A stretch of DNA of 64,000 nucleotides from assembly GCA_032718475.1 (NCBI GenBank), contig JAUCBJ010009043.1, positions 1 to 64,000 on the forward strand, given 5' to 3'. The position numbers and the translations under genes were made by a program. Within the stretch, counting starts at the first letter, position 1. Every line of letters begins with the position of its first letter. Positions 10,668 through 24,044 of the stretch are shown piece after piece. The notes beneath the pieces were generated by a model that saw nothing but the letters and a program-made list of their open reading frames with translations, made no database searches and was not told where the DNA came from. The DNA is from Nemertoderma westbladi (taxonomy: Eukaryota > Animalia > Xenacoelomorpha).

Positions 10668-11457
10668 CGTTTTTTTTTGTTAATTTAATCCATCTTCCAC
10701 AACCACCCCATTACTGGCCATTTATCTTTGTTAAATTTTATATAACATAAATATTGAATTGTCTTGAAATAAAATTAACCCCCTTTAGAGGGGCACAAGG
10801 GCGTTGCGTTACCTAATATATTTCACAGAGAGTGATGATTTTGGCCTCTACATATTCTTCGAGTATAATTTTACTAGTACTGATATATACAGGTTCACTA
10901 CTCAATCTTTGCGGTTCGAATTGAGCCTCATAAGTTGGTCGATACGAAAGAAACGAAACTTTTAAGATACTTGGGAGGCTTCTAATTGTAATAGTTTTAA
11001 AATCAAAAATATATTGACTTTTTTACAGCAAATGGAAAACATTTATATTGTGGGGTGGCCAGTGTTTAAATAAACTAATTGTTTAACTAATTAAGACGCA
11101 TCTTACTGTCCGGGGATGGTGCATGTTTTGATCACATCATATGTGTCATAATACCTGTTATGTTCACAAAAAAAGTTTCTTCTCACGTTTTCTTCACATG
11201 GCCGTCAAACGAAAGTAAAAATCTTCTAAGTTATTTTAAAGCTAAATCCAGCCGTGTGAAGAATACATGATGTTTGCACTCATAAAAACACTCCAATATA
11301 TAAATTAGTACGCCCCCTAACGACCAAGGTTATTTCATGGATAACATTTATTTGTTCACACATTATCTTCACACGTATATTCACTCGCTTTGTATATGAT
11401 TTAAAACGTTTTATGTTGCTGTGCATTTGACATTAAACAGAAAATTATGGTGTTCGA

Positions 11458-11550
11458 ACACTCCCCTCCCCCGGACACTTTCCCCCCGGACAGTCCCCCC
11501 CCCCCCCCCCAGACACTTCACCCCGGACACTCCCCCCCTCCCCCCCACGA
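11458..11550. repeat. C-rich short degenerate repeat (CCCCGGACAC units)
   Basis: Several copies of ccccggacac/t interleaved with C tracts. Confidence 0.7.
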
Positions 11551-11825
11551 CTGTTCTTAACTTCGCACATTCGTATTTTTTATTTTTTAAGGTAAACGGA
11601 CCGCTTGTATCCAGACAAGTTGTATCCAATTTTCCTTTCGTAGCTCAGAAAGTGATCTTTTGCATCCCGATTTTACATTTTATATCCAAGTTTTATTTAA
11701 GGATTTTATCAATGCAATTACATCGTATTGTTTGCTAATCTTTAAACAATTAATTAGATGACCTATAAATTCCATCCCCCGAATGATATACTGTTTTTAT
11801 TAACTATAGAATTATTTAACTATTT

Positions 11826-11962
11826 ACATACTTGTGTGTAAAGTAGCACTTTACAGTGTGATGATCCGAGTGGCTTTGTTACACGAACGAACGTTAGTGA
11901 GTGAGTGAAAATAAAGCCACGGGGATCAGAACACTGTAAAGTACTTTGCAACAAGTTTGTAT
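11826..11962. repeat. Long imperfect palindrome, MITE-like
   Basis: Arms 11849-11877 and 11913-11941 are reverse complements (25/29) and extend outward imperfectly. Confidence 0.75.
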
Positions 11963-12226
11963 GTAGTTTTATTTCAAAATTTTAACATTACGAAATGATT
12001 GTATATATGTTATAAGTGATAGAAACTGCACAAATTATATTAGTTGCTGTACAAATAAATATAAAAATAACATAAATTATGTTATAAATCAGTTAGCTTA
12101 TATTTATCGCGGCGTTTTGAGCCATGTTATAATAATATAGGTAGGCCCTACTGGTTATTAATAGCTATACCCCGCCTACCGGTAGGTAATGCAGTAGGAC
12201 TATCTGGCTGTCAAGCAAATTTCCAC

Positions 12227-12325
12227 TTATTGTTTACGTGGTATCCAATGACGGCGTTAAGTAATGTCCGGGGGGGGGGGGTGGACATTACTTAACGTCG
12301 TCATGCGTCGTCACGTAAACAATAA
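12227..12325. repeat. Palindrome with poly-G loop, MITE-like
   Basis: Outer arms ttattgtttacgtg/cacgtaaacaataa (14/14); inner arms atgacggcgttaagtaatgtcc/ggacattacttaacgtcgtcat (21/22) around a G tract. Confidence 0.8.
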
Positions 12326-12845
12326 CACCAAATACAATACTAAATGTACAGGCCAATACAATGCTGTAATGTCCTCAAAAGTTGTAAAGTTGTAAATAAC
12401 AACTCGCTGTTAATACTAACGGCGTTGAGTGATGTTACAATTTTGGAATAATAATAATTAATTGATTTAATTACAGGTATTATTAGGTAATAGTCTTCTT
12501 CGAGGAATGTTATTTAATGATGAATATTATTGTTGCAATCAAAATTATACCTCTCCAGGGAAAATTCGACAAGCGTTGATATGTACTCTGTGTTTAGCAT
12601 TACATATTGATAAATGAATTACATTTCCTGGTTACTTGCAATATTTTCAATACGATTTTGTTGAATTATATAATATTGTAGTAATTTATATAATATTGTA
12701 GTAATTTATATATTAATTTGGTTAACATTCAATACAGCTCCTACTTTAGGCTTAGTCAATTTATTATCTGATGATACAAACATGAATTAATTATTTCAAA
12801 ATGGTATTAAAGTCTTACACCACGGGCACTAAGGGAAATGCCGGG

Positions 12846-14942
12846 GTTTGGGGGCGATAGCCCCCAAGAAAAGAAGTGGGGGTGTTGGGGACGATAGCCC
12901 CCAAGAAAAGAAGTGGGGGTGTTGGGGACGATATCCCCCAAGAAAAGAAGTGGGGGTGTTGGGGACGATAGCCCCCAAGAAAATAAGTGGGGGTGTTGGG
13001 GACGATAGCCCACAAGAAAAGAATTGGGGGTGTTGGGGACGATAGCCCCCAAGAAAAGAAGTGGGGGTGTTGGGGACGATAGCCCCCAAGAAAAGAAGTG
13101 GGGGTGTTGGGGACGATAGCCCCCAAGAAAAGAAGTGGGGGTGTTGGGGACGATATCCCCCAAGAAAAGAAGTGGGGGTGTTGGGGACGATAGCCCCCGA
13201 GAAAAGAAGTGGGGGTGTTGGGGACGATAGCCCACAAGAAAAGAAGTGGGGGTGTTGGGGACGATAGCCCACAAGAAAAGAAGTGGGGGTGTTGGGGACG
13301 ATAGCCCCCAAGAAAAGAAGTGGGGGTGTTGGGGACGATAGCCCCCAAGAAAAGAAGTGGGGGTGTTGGGGACGATAGCCCCCAAGAAAAGAAGTGGGGG
13401 TGTTGGGAACGATAGCCCCCAAGAAAAGAAGTGGGGGTGTTGGGGACGATAGCCCCCAAGAAAAGAAGTGGGGGTGTTGGGGACGATATCCCCCAAGAAA
13501 AGAAGTGGGGGTGTTGGGGACGATAGCCCCCGAGAAAAGAAGTGGGGGTGTTGGGTACGATAGCCCCCAAGAAAAGAAGTGGGGGTGTTGGGGACGATAT
13601 CCCCCAAGAAAAGAAGTGGGGGTGTTGGGGACGATAGCCCCCGAGAAAAGAAGTTGGGGTGTTGGGGACGATAGCCCACAAGAAAAGAAGTGGGGGTGTT
13701 GGGGACGATAGCCCCCAAGAAAAGAAGTGGGGGTGTTGGGGACGATAGCCCCCAAGAAAATAAGTGGGGGTGTTGGGGACGATAGCCCACAAGAAAAGAA
13801 GTGGGGGTGTTGGGGACGATAGCCCCCAAGAAAAGAAGTGGGGGTGTTGGGGACGATAGCCCCCAAGAAAAGAAGTGGGGGTGTTGGGGACGATAGCCCC
13901 CAAGAAAAGAAGTGGGGGTGTTGGGGACGATATCCCCCAAGAAAAGAAGTGGGGGTGTTGGGTACGATAGCCCCCGAGAAAAAAAGTGGGGGTGTTGGGA
14001 ACGATAGCCCCCAAGAAAAGAAGTGGGGGTGTTGGGGACGATAGCCCCCAAGAAAAGAAGTGGGGGTGTTGGGGACGATAGCCCCCAAGAAAAGAAGTGG
14101 GGGTGTTGGGGACGATAGCCCCCAAGAAAAGAAGTGGGGGTGTTGGGGACGATAGCCCCCAAGAAAAGAAGTGGGGGTGTTGGGAACGATATCCCCCAAG
14201 AAAAGAAGTGGGGGTGTTGGGGACGATAGCCCCCAAGAAAAGAAGTGGGGGTGTTGGCGACGCTAGCCCCCAAGAAAAGAAGTGGGGGTGTTGGGGACGA
14301 TAGCCCACAAGAAAAGAAGTGGGGGTGTTGGGGACGATAGCCCCCAAGAAAAGAAGTGGGGGTGTTGGCGACGATAGCCCCCAAGAAAAGAAGTGGGGGT
14401 GTTGGGGACGATAGCCCCAAAGAAAAGAAGTGGGGGTGTTGGGGACGATAGCCCCCAAGAAAAGAAGTGGGGGTGTTGGCGACGATAGCCCCCAAAAAAA
14501 GAAGTGGGGGTGTTGGGGACGATAGCCCCCAAGAAAATAAGTGGGGGTGTTGGGGACGATAGCCCCCAAGAAAAGAAAAAAGAAGTGGTTGTATTGGTGA
14601 CGATAGCCCCCAAGAAAAGAAATGGGGGTGTTGGGGTCGATAGCCCCCAAGAAAAGAAGTGGGGGTGTTGGGGACGATAGCCCCCAAGAAAAGAAGTGGG
14701 GGTGTTGGGGACGATAACCCCCAAGAAAAGAAGTGGGGGTGTTGGGGACGATAGCCCCCAAGAAAAGAAGTGGGGGTGTTGGGGACGATAGCCCCCAAGA
14801 AAAGAAGTGGGGGTGTTGGGGACGATAGCCCCCAAGAAAAGAAGTGGGGGTGTTGGGGACGATAGCCCCCAAGAAAAGAAGTGGGGATGTTGGGGACGAT
14901 AGCCCCCAAGAAAAGAAGTGGGGGTGTTGGGGACGATAGCCC
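12846..14942. repeat. 37-bp G-rich minisatellite, about 56 copies
   Basis: Unit GGGGGTGTTGGGGACGATAGCCCCCAAGAAAAGAAGT, head-to-tail, highly homogeneous, no spacers. Confidence 0.97.
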
Positions 14943-16106
14943 TTATGTTATACTGTTACCCTTTACTCATAGCCATAGATCATTTTAGGCATATTGATTC
15001 TGAAAAAACGGAGAAGACCCTATAATACTCAATGTGGTCCAGTCTGAATGAATACAAAGGTTTTCTTCACATAATGTTAATATTGGTGCTTTAACGTACT
15101 TGTAGCTCATTCACATTTGACTTAAGACATATGTGAAGTCATTGCATTTTACTCATAGCCAGACATCTATCATATTAAAGTTATTAATCAAACGGCAAGC
15201 CGACTTCAGGGCGCGACAATGCATTCCGTGCACTGACTGAGAAATAAAGGAGTTTCTTTACGCCCGACTCTATCTGTTTTATTATACAATCCAATTAATT
15301 TCTCCCACTAGGGGCATCATCAGGGAAATAAACTAAAAAAACAGAAATACCGCACTAGGTATGTAAGATGAGGAAGACTTGTAAGTATGGCTTGTAGTAT
15401 ATTATATAAACCTAAAATGGTCAAAACAAGGCGAAATGCTTCTCTATCTCAAATATGAAATTTTTAAACTCTTTTGTAACGTACTGACTTGGCAATGCAC
15501 TTAATAAATGAAATACATTTAATTCTTATATCTCACAACTTTCCATATACATATGTCCTCAAATATTTGGTAATAGACATTATTTTTAGGTATTAGGGAA
15601 CTTTAAACAAGAAAAGCATAAATTTCTTTCAACATTCTCGAGACGTGAAAGAATGTAGTCTTACTTTGCATTGTTAGCAATACGCCATGTTATTCTTTTT
15701 ATAAAATAAAATTGGCTACTTTATTGCTTGATATTGTTGCTTGATCCTGTAATATAAAAATATGAACCGTTTAATACAATACCTTTTAAAACAAATAATA
15801 TTTTATCTCTTATCATCCATCCCTAAGAAATTTCGTTCTAAAAAACTGCCTATTTCACCGCCCGTAAATATCCGCTTTTTTTACGAAAATATTATGTTGC
15901 CTTTGTTTCACCTTCCTTCCATACATGTACATATGTAGGAATAAAGACCATTCTATCTTTATTCGTAAAATTTCGATGCTAAATATCACAAGAACGGATC
16001 AAAACACTTTGATAGTTGTTTTCCACAGAAAGTTCATAAGCCTAGTTTCAATTTAGTAATACAAAGGTTTTCTTCACATGATATTATATTGACTTAATGC
16101 ACATAC

Positions 16107-16325
16107 ATAAAGGTTGCATACAGAGCTCCGAATGCCAATAAGCGCCCATGTGAATAATACCAGGTCCTCCAAAGCCAGCTGGCTATGCTTTGCATATATT
16201 CTATGCTTAATAGGCATTCTAGAATATTGTACTGCCATTCCGATTGGCTATTTTGGAAGCAGGCTGGAAATATATCTCTCACATACATAGTAAAGTTGCA
16301 GTTGTAGACGGATTTTTTGTTCACT
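16107..16325 (-). other. Possible isolated 219-nt minus-strand exon of an unidentified gene
   Basis: TTCAG| acceptor and |GTATGT donor flank an open frame (VNKKSVYNCNFTMYVRDIFPACFQ...ATFM); length divisible by 3. No recognised homology. Confidence 0.25.
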
Positions 16326-16345
16326 CTGAATTATTGTAACTAATT

Positions 16346-16510
16346 TGGTAAGAGCTTACCTAATGGTAAGAGGGTTGCAAGAGTTACTTTTTGCAAACCT
16401 GCAAGCATTGTTTATTAACACAATCCAATGTATCTATATTTTTTCTGATAAGGAGGTAAATTTACACACTTATATTATTTTGATGATAAATTTAAAAGTT
16501 TATTTGAAGA
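16346..16510 (+). pseudogene. Cassette copy 0 with acceptor AG and most of the exon deleted
   Basis: The sequence runs tatattttttct|gataaggag|gtaaat: the intron end is joined directly to the last exon codons at a shared CT. Confidence 0.75.
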
Positions 16511-19407
16511 TTAATTCTAATATTACGGCAATTGTTTGTGGCTGTTACAACATTCCTGCAATATTTTGTGGCTGTCACAATATTACGACAATTGTTTGTA
16601 GCTGTCACAACATTACGACAATTGTTTGTGGCTGTCACAATATTGCTAAGATTGTTTGTGGCTGTCGCAACATTACGACAATTGTTTGTGGCTGTCGCAA
16701 CATTACGACAATTGTTTGTGGCTGTCACAATATTGCTAAGATTGTTTGCGGCTGTCACAATATTACGACAATTGTTTGTAGCTGTCACAATATTACGACA
16801 ATAATTGTTTGTAGCTGTCACAATATTACGACAATTCTTTGTGGCTGTCATTACATTGCGTCAATTGATTGTGGCTGTCACAATATTGCTAAGATTGTTT
16901 GTGGCTGTCGCAACATTACGACAATTGTTTGTGGCTGTCGCAACATTACGACAATTGTTTGTGGCTGTCACAACATTGTGACAATTGATTGTGGCTGTCA
17001 CAATATTACGACAATTGTTTGTAGCTGTCACAACATTACGATAATAATTGTTTGTGGCTGTCACAACATTCGTACAATTGTTTGTGGCTGTCACAATATT
17101 GCTAAGATTGTTTGTGGCTGTCGCAACATTACGACAATTGTTTGTGGCTGTCGCAACATTACGACAATTGTTTGTGGCTGTCGCAACATTACGACAATTG
17201 TTTGTGGCTGTCACAACATTACGATAATAATTGTTTGTGGCTGTCACAACATTCGTACAATTGTTTGTGGCTGTCACAATATTACGACAATTCTTTGTGG
17301 CTGTCATTACATTGCGTCAATTGATTGTGGCTGTCACAATATTGCTAAGATTGTTTGTGGCTGTCGCAACATTACGACAATTGTTTGTGGCTGTCACAAC
17401 ATTGTGACAATTGATTGTGGCTGTCACAATATTACGACAATTGTTTGTAGCTGTCACAACATTACGATAATAATTGTTTGTGGCTGTCACAACATTCGTA
17501 CAATTGTTTGTGGCTGTCACAATATTACGACAATTCTTTGTGGCTGTCATTACATTGCGTCAATTGATTGTGGCTGTCACAATATTGCTAAGATTGTTTG
17601 TGGCTGTCGCAACATTACGACAATTGTTTGTGGCTGTCACAACATTGTGACAATTGATTGTGGCTGTCACAATATTACGACAATTGTTTGTAGCTGTCAC
17701 AACATTACGATAATAATTGTTTGTGGCTGTCACAACATTCGTACAATTGTTTGTGGCTGTCACAATATTGCTAAGATTGTTTGTGGCTGTCGCAACATTA
17801 CGACAATTGTTTGTGGCTGTCGCAACATTACGACAATTGTTTGTGGCTGTCGCAACATTACGACAATTGTTTGTGGCTGTCACAACATTACGATAATAAT
17901 TGTTTGTGGCTGTCACAACATTCGTACAATTGTTTGTAGCTGTCACAGTATTACGACAATTCTTTATGGCTGTCATTACATTGCGTCAATTGATTGTGGC
18001 TGTCACAATATTGCTAAGATTGTTTGTGGCTGTCGCAACATTACGACAATTGTTTGTGGCTGTCACAACATTGTGACAATTGATTGTGGCTGTCACAATA
18101 TTGCGACCATTCTTTGTGGCTGTCATTACATTGCGTCAATTGTTTGTGGCTGTCACAATATTGCTACAATTGTGGCATTTGTTTGTGTATGTCAGTCACA
18201 AAATTATTGCAATTGTTAGCAGCTGCCATAACATTTTGGTATTAGTTTGTGGCTGTCACAACATTACGACAATAATTGTTTGTGACTGTCACAACATTAC
18301 GACAATAATTGTTTGTGGCTGTCACAACATTACGACAATAATTGTTTGTGGCTGTCACAACATTACTACAATTGTTTGTGGCTGTCACAAAATTACTACA
18401 ATTGTTTGTGGCTGTCACAACATTACGATAATAATTGTTTGTGGCTGTCACAAGATTGCGATAATTGTTTTTTGCTTTCACAACATTACGACAATAATTG
18501 TTTGTGGCTGTCACAACATTACTACAATTGTTTGTGGCTGTCACAAAATTACTACAATTGTTTGTGGCTGTCACAACATTACGATAATAATTGTTTGTGG
18601 CTGTCACAACATTACGACAATAATTGTTTGTGGCTGTCACAACATTACGACAATAATTGTTTGTGGCTGTCACAACATTACTACAATTGTTTGTGGCTGT
18701 CACAAAATTACTACAATTGTTTGTGGCTGTCACAACATTACGATAATAATTGTTTGTGGCTGTCACAACATTACGACAATAATTGTTTGTGGCTGTCACA
18801 ACATTACTACAATTGTTTGTGGCTGTAACAACATTGCGACAATTGTTTGTGGCTGTCACAACATTACGACAATTGTTTGTGGCTGTCACAACCTTGCGAC
18901 AATTGTTTGTGACTGTCACAACATTACGATATTTTTTGTGGCTGTCAAAATATTGCGACAATTGTTTGTGGCTGTCACAATATTGCGACAATTGTTTTTG
19001 GCTGTCACAACATTACGACAATTGTTTGTGGCTGTCACAACATTCGGACAATTGTTTGTGGCTGTCACAACATTACGACAATTGTTTGTGACTGTTACAA
19101 CATTGCGACAATTGTTTGTGGCTGTCACAACATTCGGACAATTGTTTGTGGCAGTCCCAACATTGCGACAAATGTTTGTGGCTGTCACAACATTCAGACA
19201 ATTGTTTGTGGCTGTTACAAAATTACTACAATTGATTGTGGCTGTTACAATATTCCGAAGTTGTTTGTGACTGTCCCAACACAGTTAGTTTTAGCTGTGA
19301 GATTTTGTGTGTGAAACTACCATGGTAAGAGGTTTGCAAGAGTTACTTTTTGCAAACCTGCAAGCATTGTTTATTAACACAATCCAATGTATCTATATTT
19401 TTTCTAG

Positions 19408-19536
19408 TTTAACGAAGAAATTGACGACATAACGGATAATATTCCGTTGTTATTGGGTGGCTCTGTTGCTCCTGATAAGCAACCGATCTGCATTAGCGAT
19501 CTTGATCTGCTCGATGACCTCACCGCTGATAAAGAG
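19408..19536 (+). CDS. Putative 129-nt cassette exon 1, variant A: FNEEIDDITDNIPLLLGGSVAPDKQPICISDLDLLDDLTADKE
   Basis: ttttttctag| acceptor, |gtaaat donor, 43 open codons. Preceded by ACCATG|GTAAGA (ATG 19322-19324) and an 83-nt intron (19325-19407). Confidence 0.55.
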
Positions 19537-21945
19537 GTAAATTTACACACTTATATTATTTTGATGATAAATTTAAAAGTTTATTTGAAGATTAATTCTA
19601 ATATTACGGCAATTGTTTGTGGCTGTCACAATATTACGACAATTGTTTGTATCTGTCACAATATTACGACAATTCTTTGTGGCTATCACAACATTTCGAC
19701 CATTGTTTGCGGCTCTCACAATATTACGACAATTGTTTGTGGCTGTCACAACATTACGACAATACTTTGTGACTGTCACAACCTTGCGATAATTGTTTGT
19801 GGCTGTCACAACATTGCGACAATTTGTTGTGGCTGTCACAACATTTCGACAATTTTTTGTGGCTGTCACAACATTCCGGCAATTGTACGCGGCTGTCACA
19901 ACATTACGACAATTGTTTGTAGCTGTCACAATACTGCGACAATTGTTTGTGGCTGTCTCAACATTCCGACAATTGCTTGTAGCTGTCCCGGTTGCACGGC
20001 AGACTGCTACACTGCAGTTGTTTGTGGCTGATGCAGAATTCCTCCATTGTTTGTGCGTATCACAAAACTACGACATTTGTTTGTGGCTGTCACAACATTC
20101 CGGCATTTGTTTGCAACAGTTACAACATTCTGAAATTTTTTGTGACTGTCACAACATTACGACAATTTTTGTGGCTGTCACAATATTGCTACAATTGTTT
20201 GTGGCTGTCACAATATTGCGACAATTGTTTGTGACAGTCACAACATTACGACAATTTTTTGTGGCTATCACAATATTGCGACAATTGTTTGTGGCTGTCA
20301 CAATATTGCTAAGATTGTTTGTGGCTGTCGCAACATTACGACAATTGTTTGTGGCTGTCGCAACATTACGACAATTGTTTGTGGCTGTCGCAACATTACG
20401 ACAATTGTTTGTGGCTGTCACAACATTACGATAATAATTGTTTGTGGCTGTCACAACATTCGTACAATTGTTTGTAGCTGTCACAGTATTACGACAATTC
20501 TTTATGGCTGTCATTACATTGCGTCAATTGATTGTGGCTGTCACAATATTGCTAAGATTGTTTGTGGCTGTCGCAACATTACGACAATTGTTTGTGGCTG
20601 TCACAACATTGTGACAATTGATTGTGGCTGTCACAATATTGCGACCATTCTTTGTGGCTGTCATTACATTGCGTCAATTGTTTGTGGCTGTCACAATATT
20701 GCTACAATTGTGGCATTTGTTTGTGTATGTCAGTCACAAAATTATTGCAATTGTTAGCAGCTGCCATAACATTTTGGTATTAGTTTGTGGCTGTCACAAC
20801 ATTACGACAATAATTGTTTGTGACTGTCACAACATTACGACAATAATTGTTTGTGGCTGTCACAACATTACGACAATAATTGTTTGTGGCTGTCACAACA
20901 TTACTACAATTGTTTGTGGCTGTCACAAAATTACTACAATTGTTTGTGGCTGTCACAACATTACGATAATAATTGTTTGTGGCTGTCACAAGATTGCGAT
21001 AATTGTTTTTTGCTTTCACAACATTACGACAATAATTGTTTGTGGCTGTCACAACATTACTACAATTGTTTGTGGCTGTCACAAAATTACTACAATTGTT
21101 TGTGGCTGTCACAACATTACGATAATAATTGTTTGTGGCTGTCACAACATTACGACAATAATTGTTTGTGGCTGTCACAACATTACGACAATAATTGTTT
21201 GTGGCTGTCACAACATTACTACAATTGTTTGTGGCTGTCACAAAATTACTACAATTGTTTGTGGCTGTCACAACATTACGATAATAATTGTTTGTGGCTG
21301 TCACAACATTACGACAATAATTGTTTGTGGCTGTCACAACATTACTACAATTGTTTGTGGCTGTAACAACATTGCGACAATTGTTTGTGGCTGTCACAAC
21401 ATTACGACAATTGTTTGTGGCTGTCACAACCTTGCGACAATTGTTTGTGACTGTCACAACATTACGATATTTTTTGTGGCTGTCAAAATATTGCGACAAT
21501 TGTTTGTGGCTGTCACAATATTGCGACAATTGTTTTTGGCTGTCACAACATTACGACAATTGTTTGTGGCTGTCACAACATTCGGACAATTGTTTGTGGC
21601 TGTCACAACATTACGACAATTGTTTGTGACTGTTACAACATTGCGACAATTGTTTGTGGCTGTCACAACATTCGGACAATTGTTTGTGGCAGTCCCAACA
21701 TTGCGACAAATGTTTGTGGCTGTCACAACATTCAGACAATTGTTTGTGGCTGTTACAAAATTACTACAATTGATTGTGGCTGTTACAATATTCCGAAGTT
21801 GTTTGTGACTGTCCCAACACAGTTAGTTTTAGCTGTGAGATTTTGTGTGTGAAACTACCATGGTAAGAGGTTTGCAAGAGTTACTTTTTGCAAACCTGCA
21901 AGCATTGTTTATTAACACAATCCAATGTATCTATATTTTTTCTAG

Positions 21946-22074
21946 TTTAACGAAGAAATTGACGACATAACGGATAATATTCCGTTGTTATTGGGTGGCT
22001 CTGTTGCTCCTGATAAGCAACCGATCTGCATAAGCGATCTTGATCTGCTCGATGACCTCACCGCTGATAAAGAG
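21946..22074 (+). CDS. Putative cassette exon 2, variant A
   Basis: Same splice signals, open frame. Confidence 0.55.
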
Positions 22075-24044
22075 GTAAATTTACACACTTATATTATTTT
22101 GATGATAAATTTAAAAGTTTATTTGAAGATTAATTCTAATATTACGGCAATTGTTTGTGGCTGTCACAATATTACGACAATTGTTTGTATCTGTCACAAT
22201 ATTACGACAATTCTTTGTGGCTATCACAACATTTCGACCATTGTTTGCGGCTCTCACAATATTACGACAATTGTTTGTGGCTGTCACAACATTACGACAA
22301 TACTTTGTGACTGTCACAACCTTGCGATAATTGTTTGTGGCTGTCACAACATTGCGACAATTTGTTGTGGCTGTCACAACATTTCGACAATTTTTTGTGG
22401 CTGTCACAACATTCCGGCAATTGTACGCGGCTGTCACAACATTACGACAATTGTTTGTAGCTGTCACAATACTGCGACAATTGTTTGTGGCTGTCTCAAC
22501 ATTCCGACAATTGCTTGTAGCTGTCCCGGTTGCACGGCAGACTGCTACACTGCAGTTGTTTGTGGCTGATGCAGAATTCCTCCATTGTTTGTGCGTATCA
22601 CAAAACTACGACATTTGTTTGTGGCTGTCACAACATTCCGGCATTTGTTTGCAACAGTTACAACATTCTGAAATTTTTTGTGACTGTCACAACATTACGA
22701 CAATTTTTGTGGCTGTCACAATATTGCTACAATTGTTTGTGGCTGTCACAATATTGCGACAATTGTTTGTGACAGTCACAACATTACGACAATTTTTTGT
22801 GGCTATCACAATATTGCGACAATTGTTTGTGGCTGTCACAATATTGAGACAATTGTTTGTGGCTGTCACAACATTACGACAATTGTTTGTGGCTGTTACA
22901 ACATTACGACAATTGTTTGTGGCTTTCAAAACATTGCGAAAATTGTTTGTAGCTGTCACAACATTGCGACAATTGTTTGTGGCTGTCTCAACATTACGAA
23001 AATTGTTTGTAGCTGTCACAACATTGCGACAATTATTTGTGGCTGTCTCAACATTACGAAAATTGTTTGTAGCTGCCCCGGTTGCATGGCATACTGCAAC
23101 ACAGCAGTTGTTCGTGGCTGATACAGAATTTCTCCATTGTTTGTGCGTATCACAAAACTACGACTATTGTTTGTGGCTGTCATAACATTCTGACAATTGT
23201 TTGCGGCTATCACAACATTCTGAAATTGTTTGTGACTGTCACGACATTACGACAATTTTTTGTGGCTGTCACAATATTGCGAAAATTGTTTGTGGCTGTC
23301 ACAATATTGAGACAATTGTTTGTGGCTGTCACAACATTATGACAATTGTTTGTGGCTGTCACAACATTACGACAATTGTTTGTGGCTTTCAAAACATTAC
23401 GAAAATTGTTTGTAGCTGTCACAACATTGCGACAATTGTTTGTGGCTGTCACAACATTCGTACAATTGTTTGTGGCTGTCACAACATTACGAAAATTGTT
23501 TGTAGCTGTCCCGGTTGCACGGCATACTGCAACACAGCAGTTGTTTGTGGCTGATACAGAATTTCTCCATTGTTTGTGCGTATCACAAAACTACGACTAT
23601 TGTTTGTGGCTGTCATAACATTCTGGCAATTGTTTGCGGCTGTCACAACATTCTGAAATTGTTTGTGACTGTCACAACATTACGAAAATTTTTTGTGGCT
23701 GTCATAATATTGCGACAATTGTTTGTGGCTGTCACAATATTGCGACAATTGCTTGTGGCTGTCACAACATTACTACAATTGTTTGTGGGTGTCACAACAT
23801 TCGTACAATTGTTTGTGGCAGTCCCAACATTGCGACAACTGTTTGTGGCTGTTACAAAATTACTACAATTGATTGTGGCTGTTACAATATTCCGAAGTTG
23901 TTTGTGACTGTCCCAACACAGTTAGTTTTAGCTGTGAGATTTTGTGTGTGAAACTACCATGGTAAGAGGTTTGCAAGAGTTACTTTTTGCAAACCTGCAA
24001 GCATTGTTTCTTAACACAATCCAATGTATCTATATTTTTTCTAG

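Noticed and set aside
12807-14909. 456-700 aa minus-strand ORFs as real proteins
   Set aside because: The 37-bp period cycles through all three frames, giving the same peptide in each; this is an artefact of a stop-free repeat strand.
12846-14942. CRISPR array (37-bp repeat with hairpin)
   Set aside because: Units are head-to-tail with no unique spacers, there are no cas genes, and the context is eukaryotic.
16861-16863. Selenocysteine or recoding at TGT>TGA positions in the minus repeat frame
   Set aside because: A single substitution spread by duplication explains it; there is no SECIS evidence, and frameshifts also break this frame.
19295-19324. 30-nt internal coding micro-exon upstream of the 83-nt intron
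   Set aside because: Reading from the ttttag acceptor gives CTG TGA (CTG TAA in some copies), an in-frame stop; the segment fits a 5' UTR plus start codon better.
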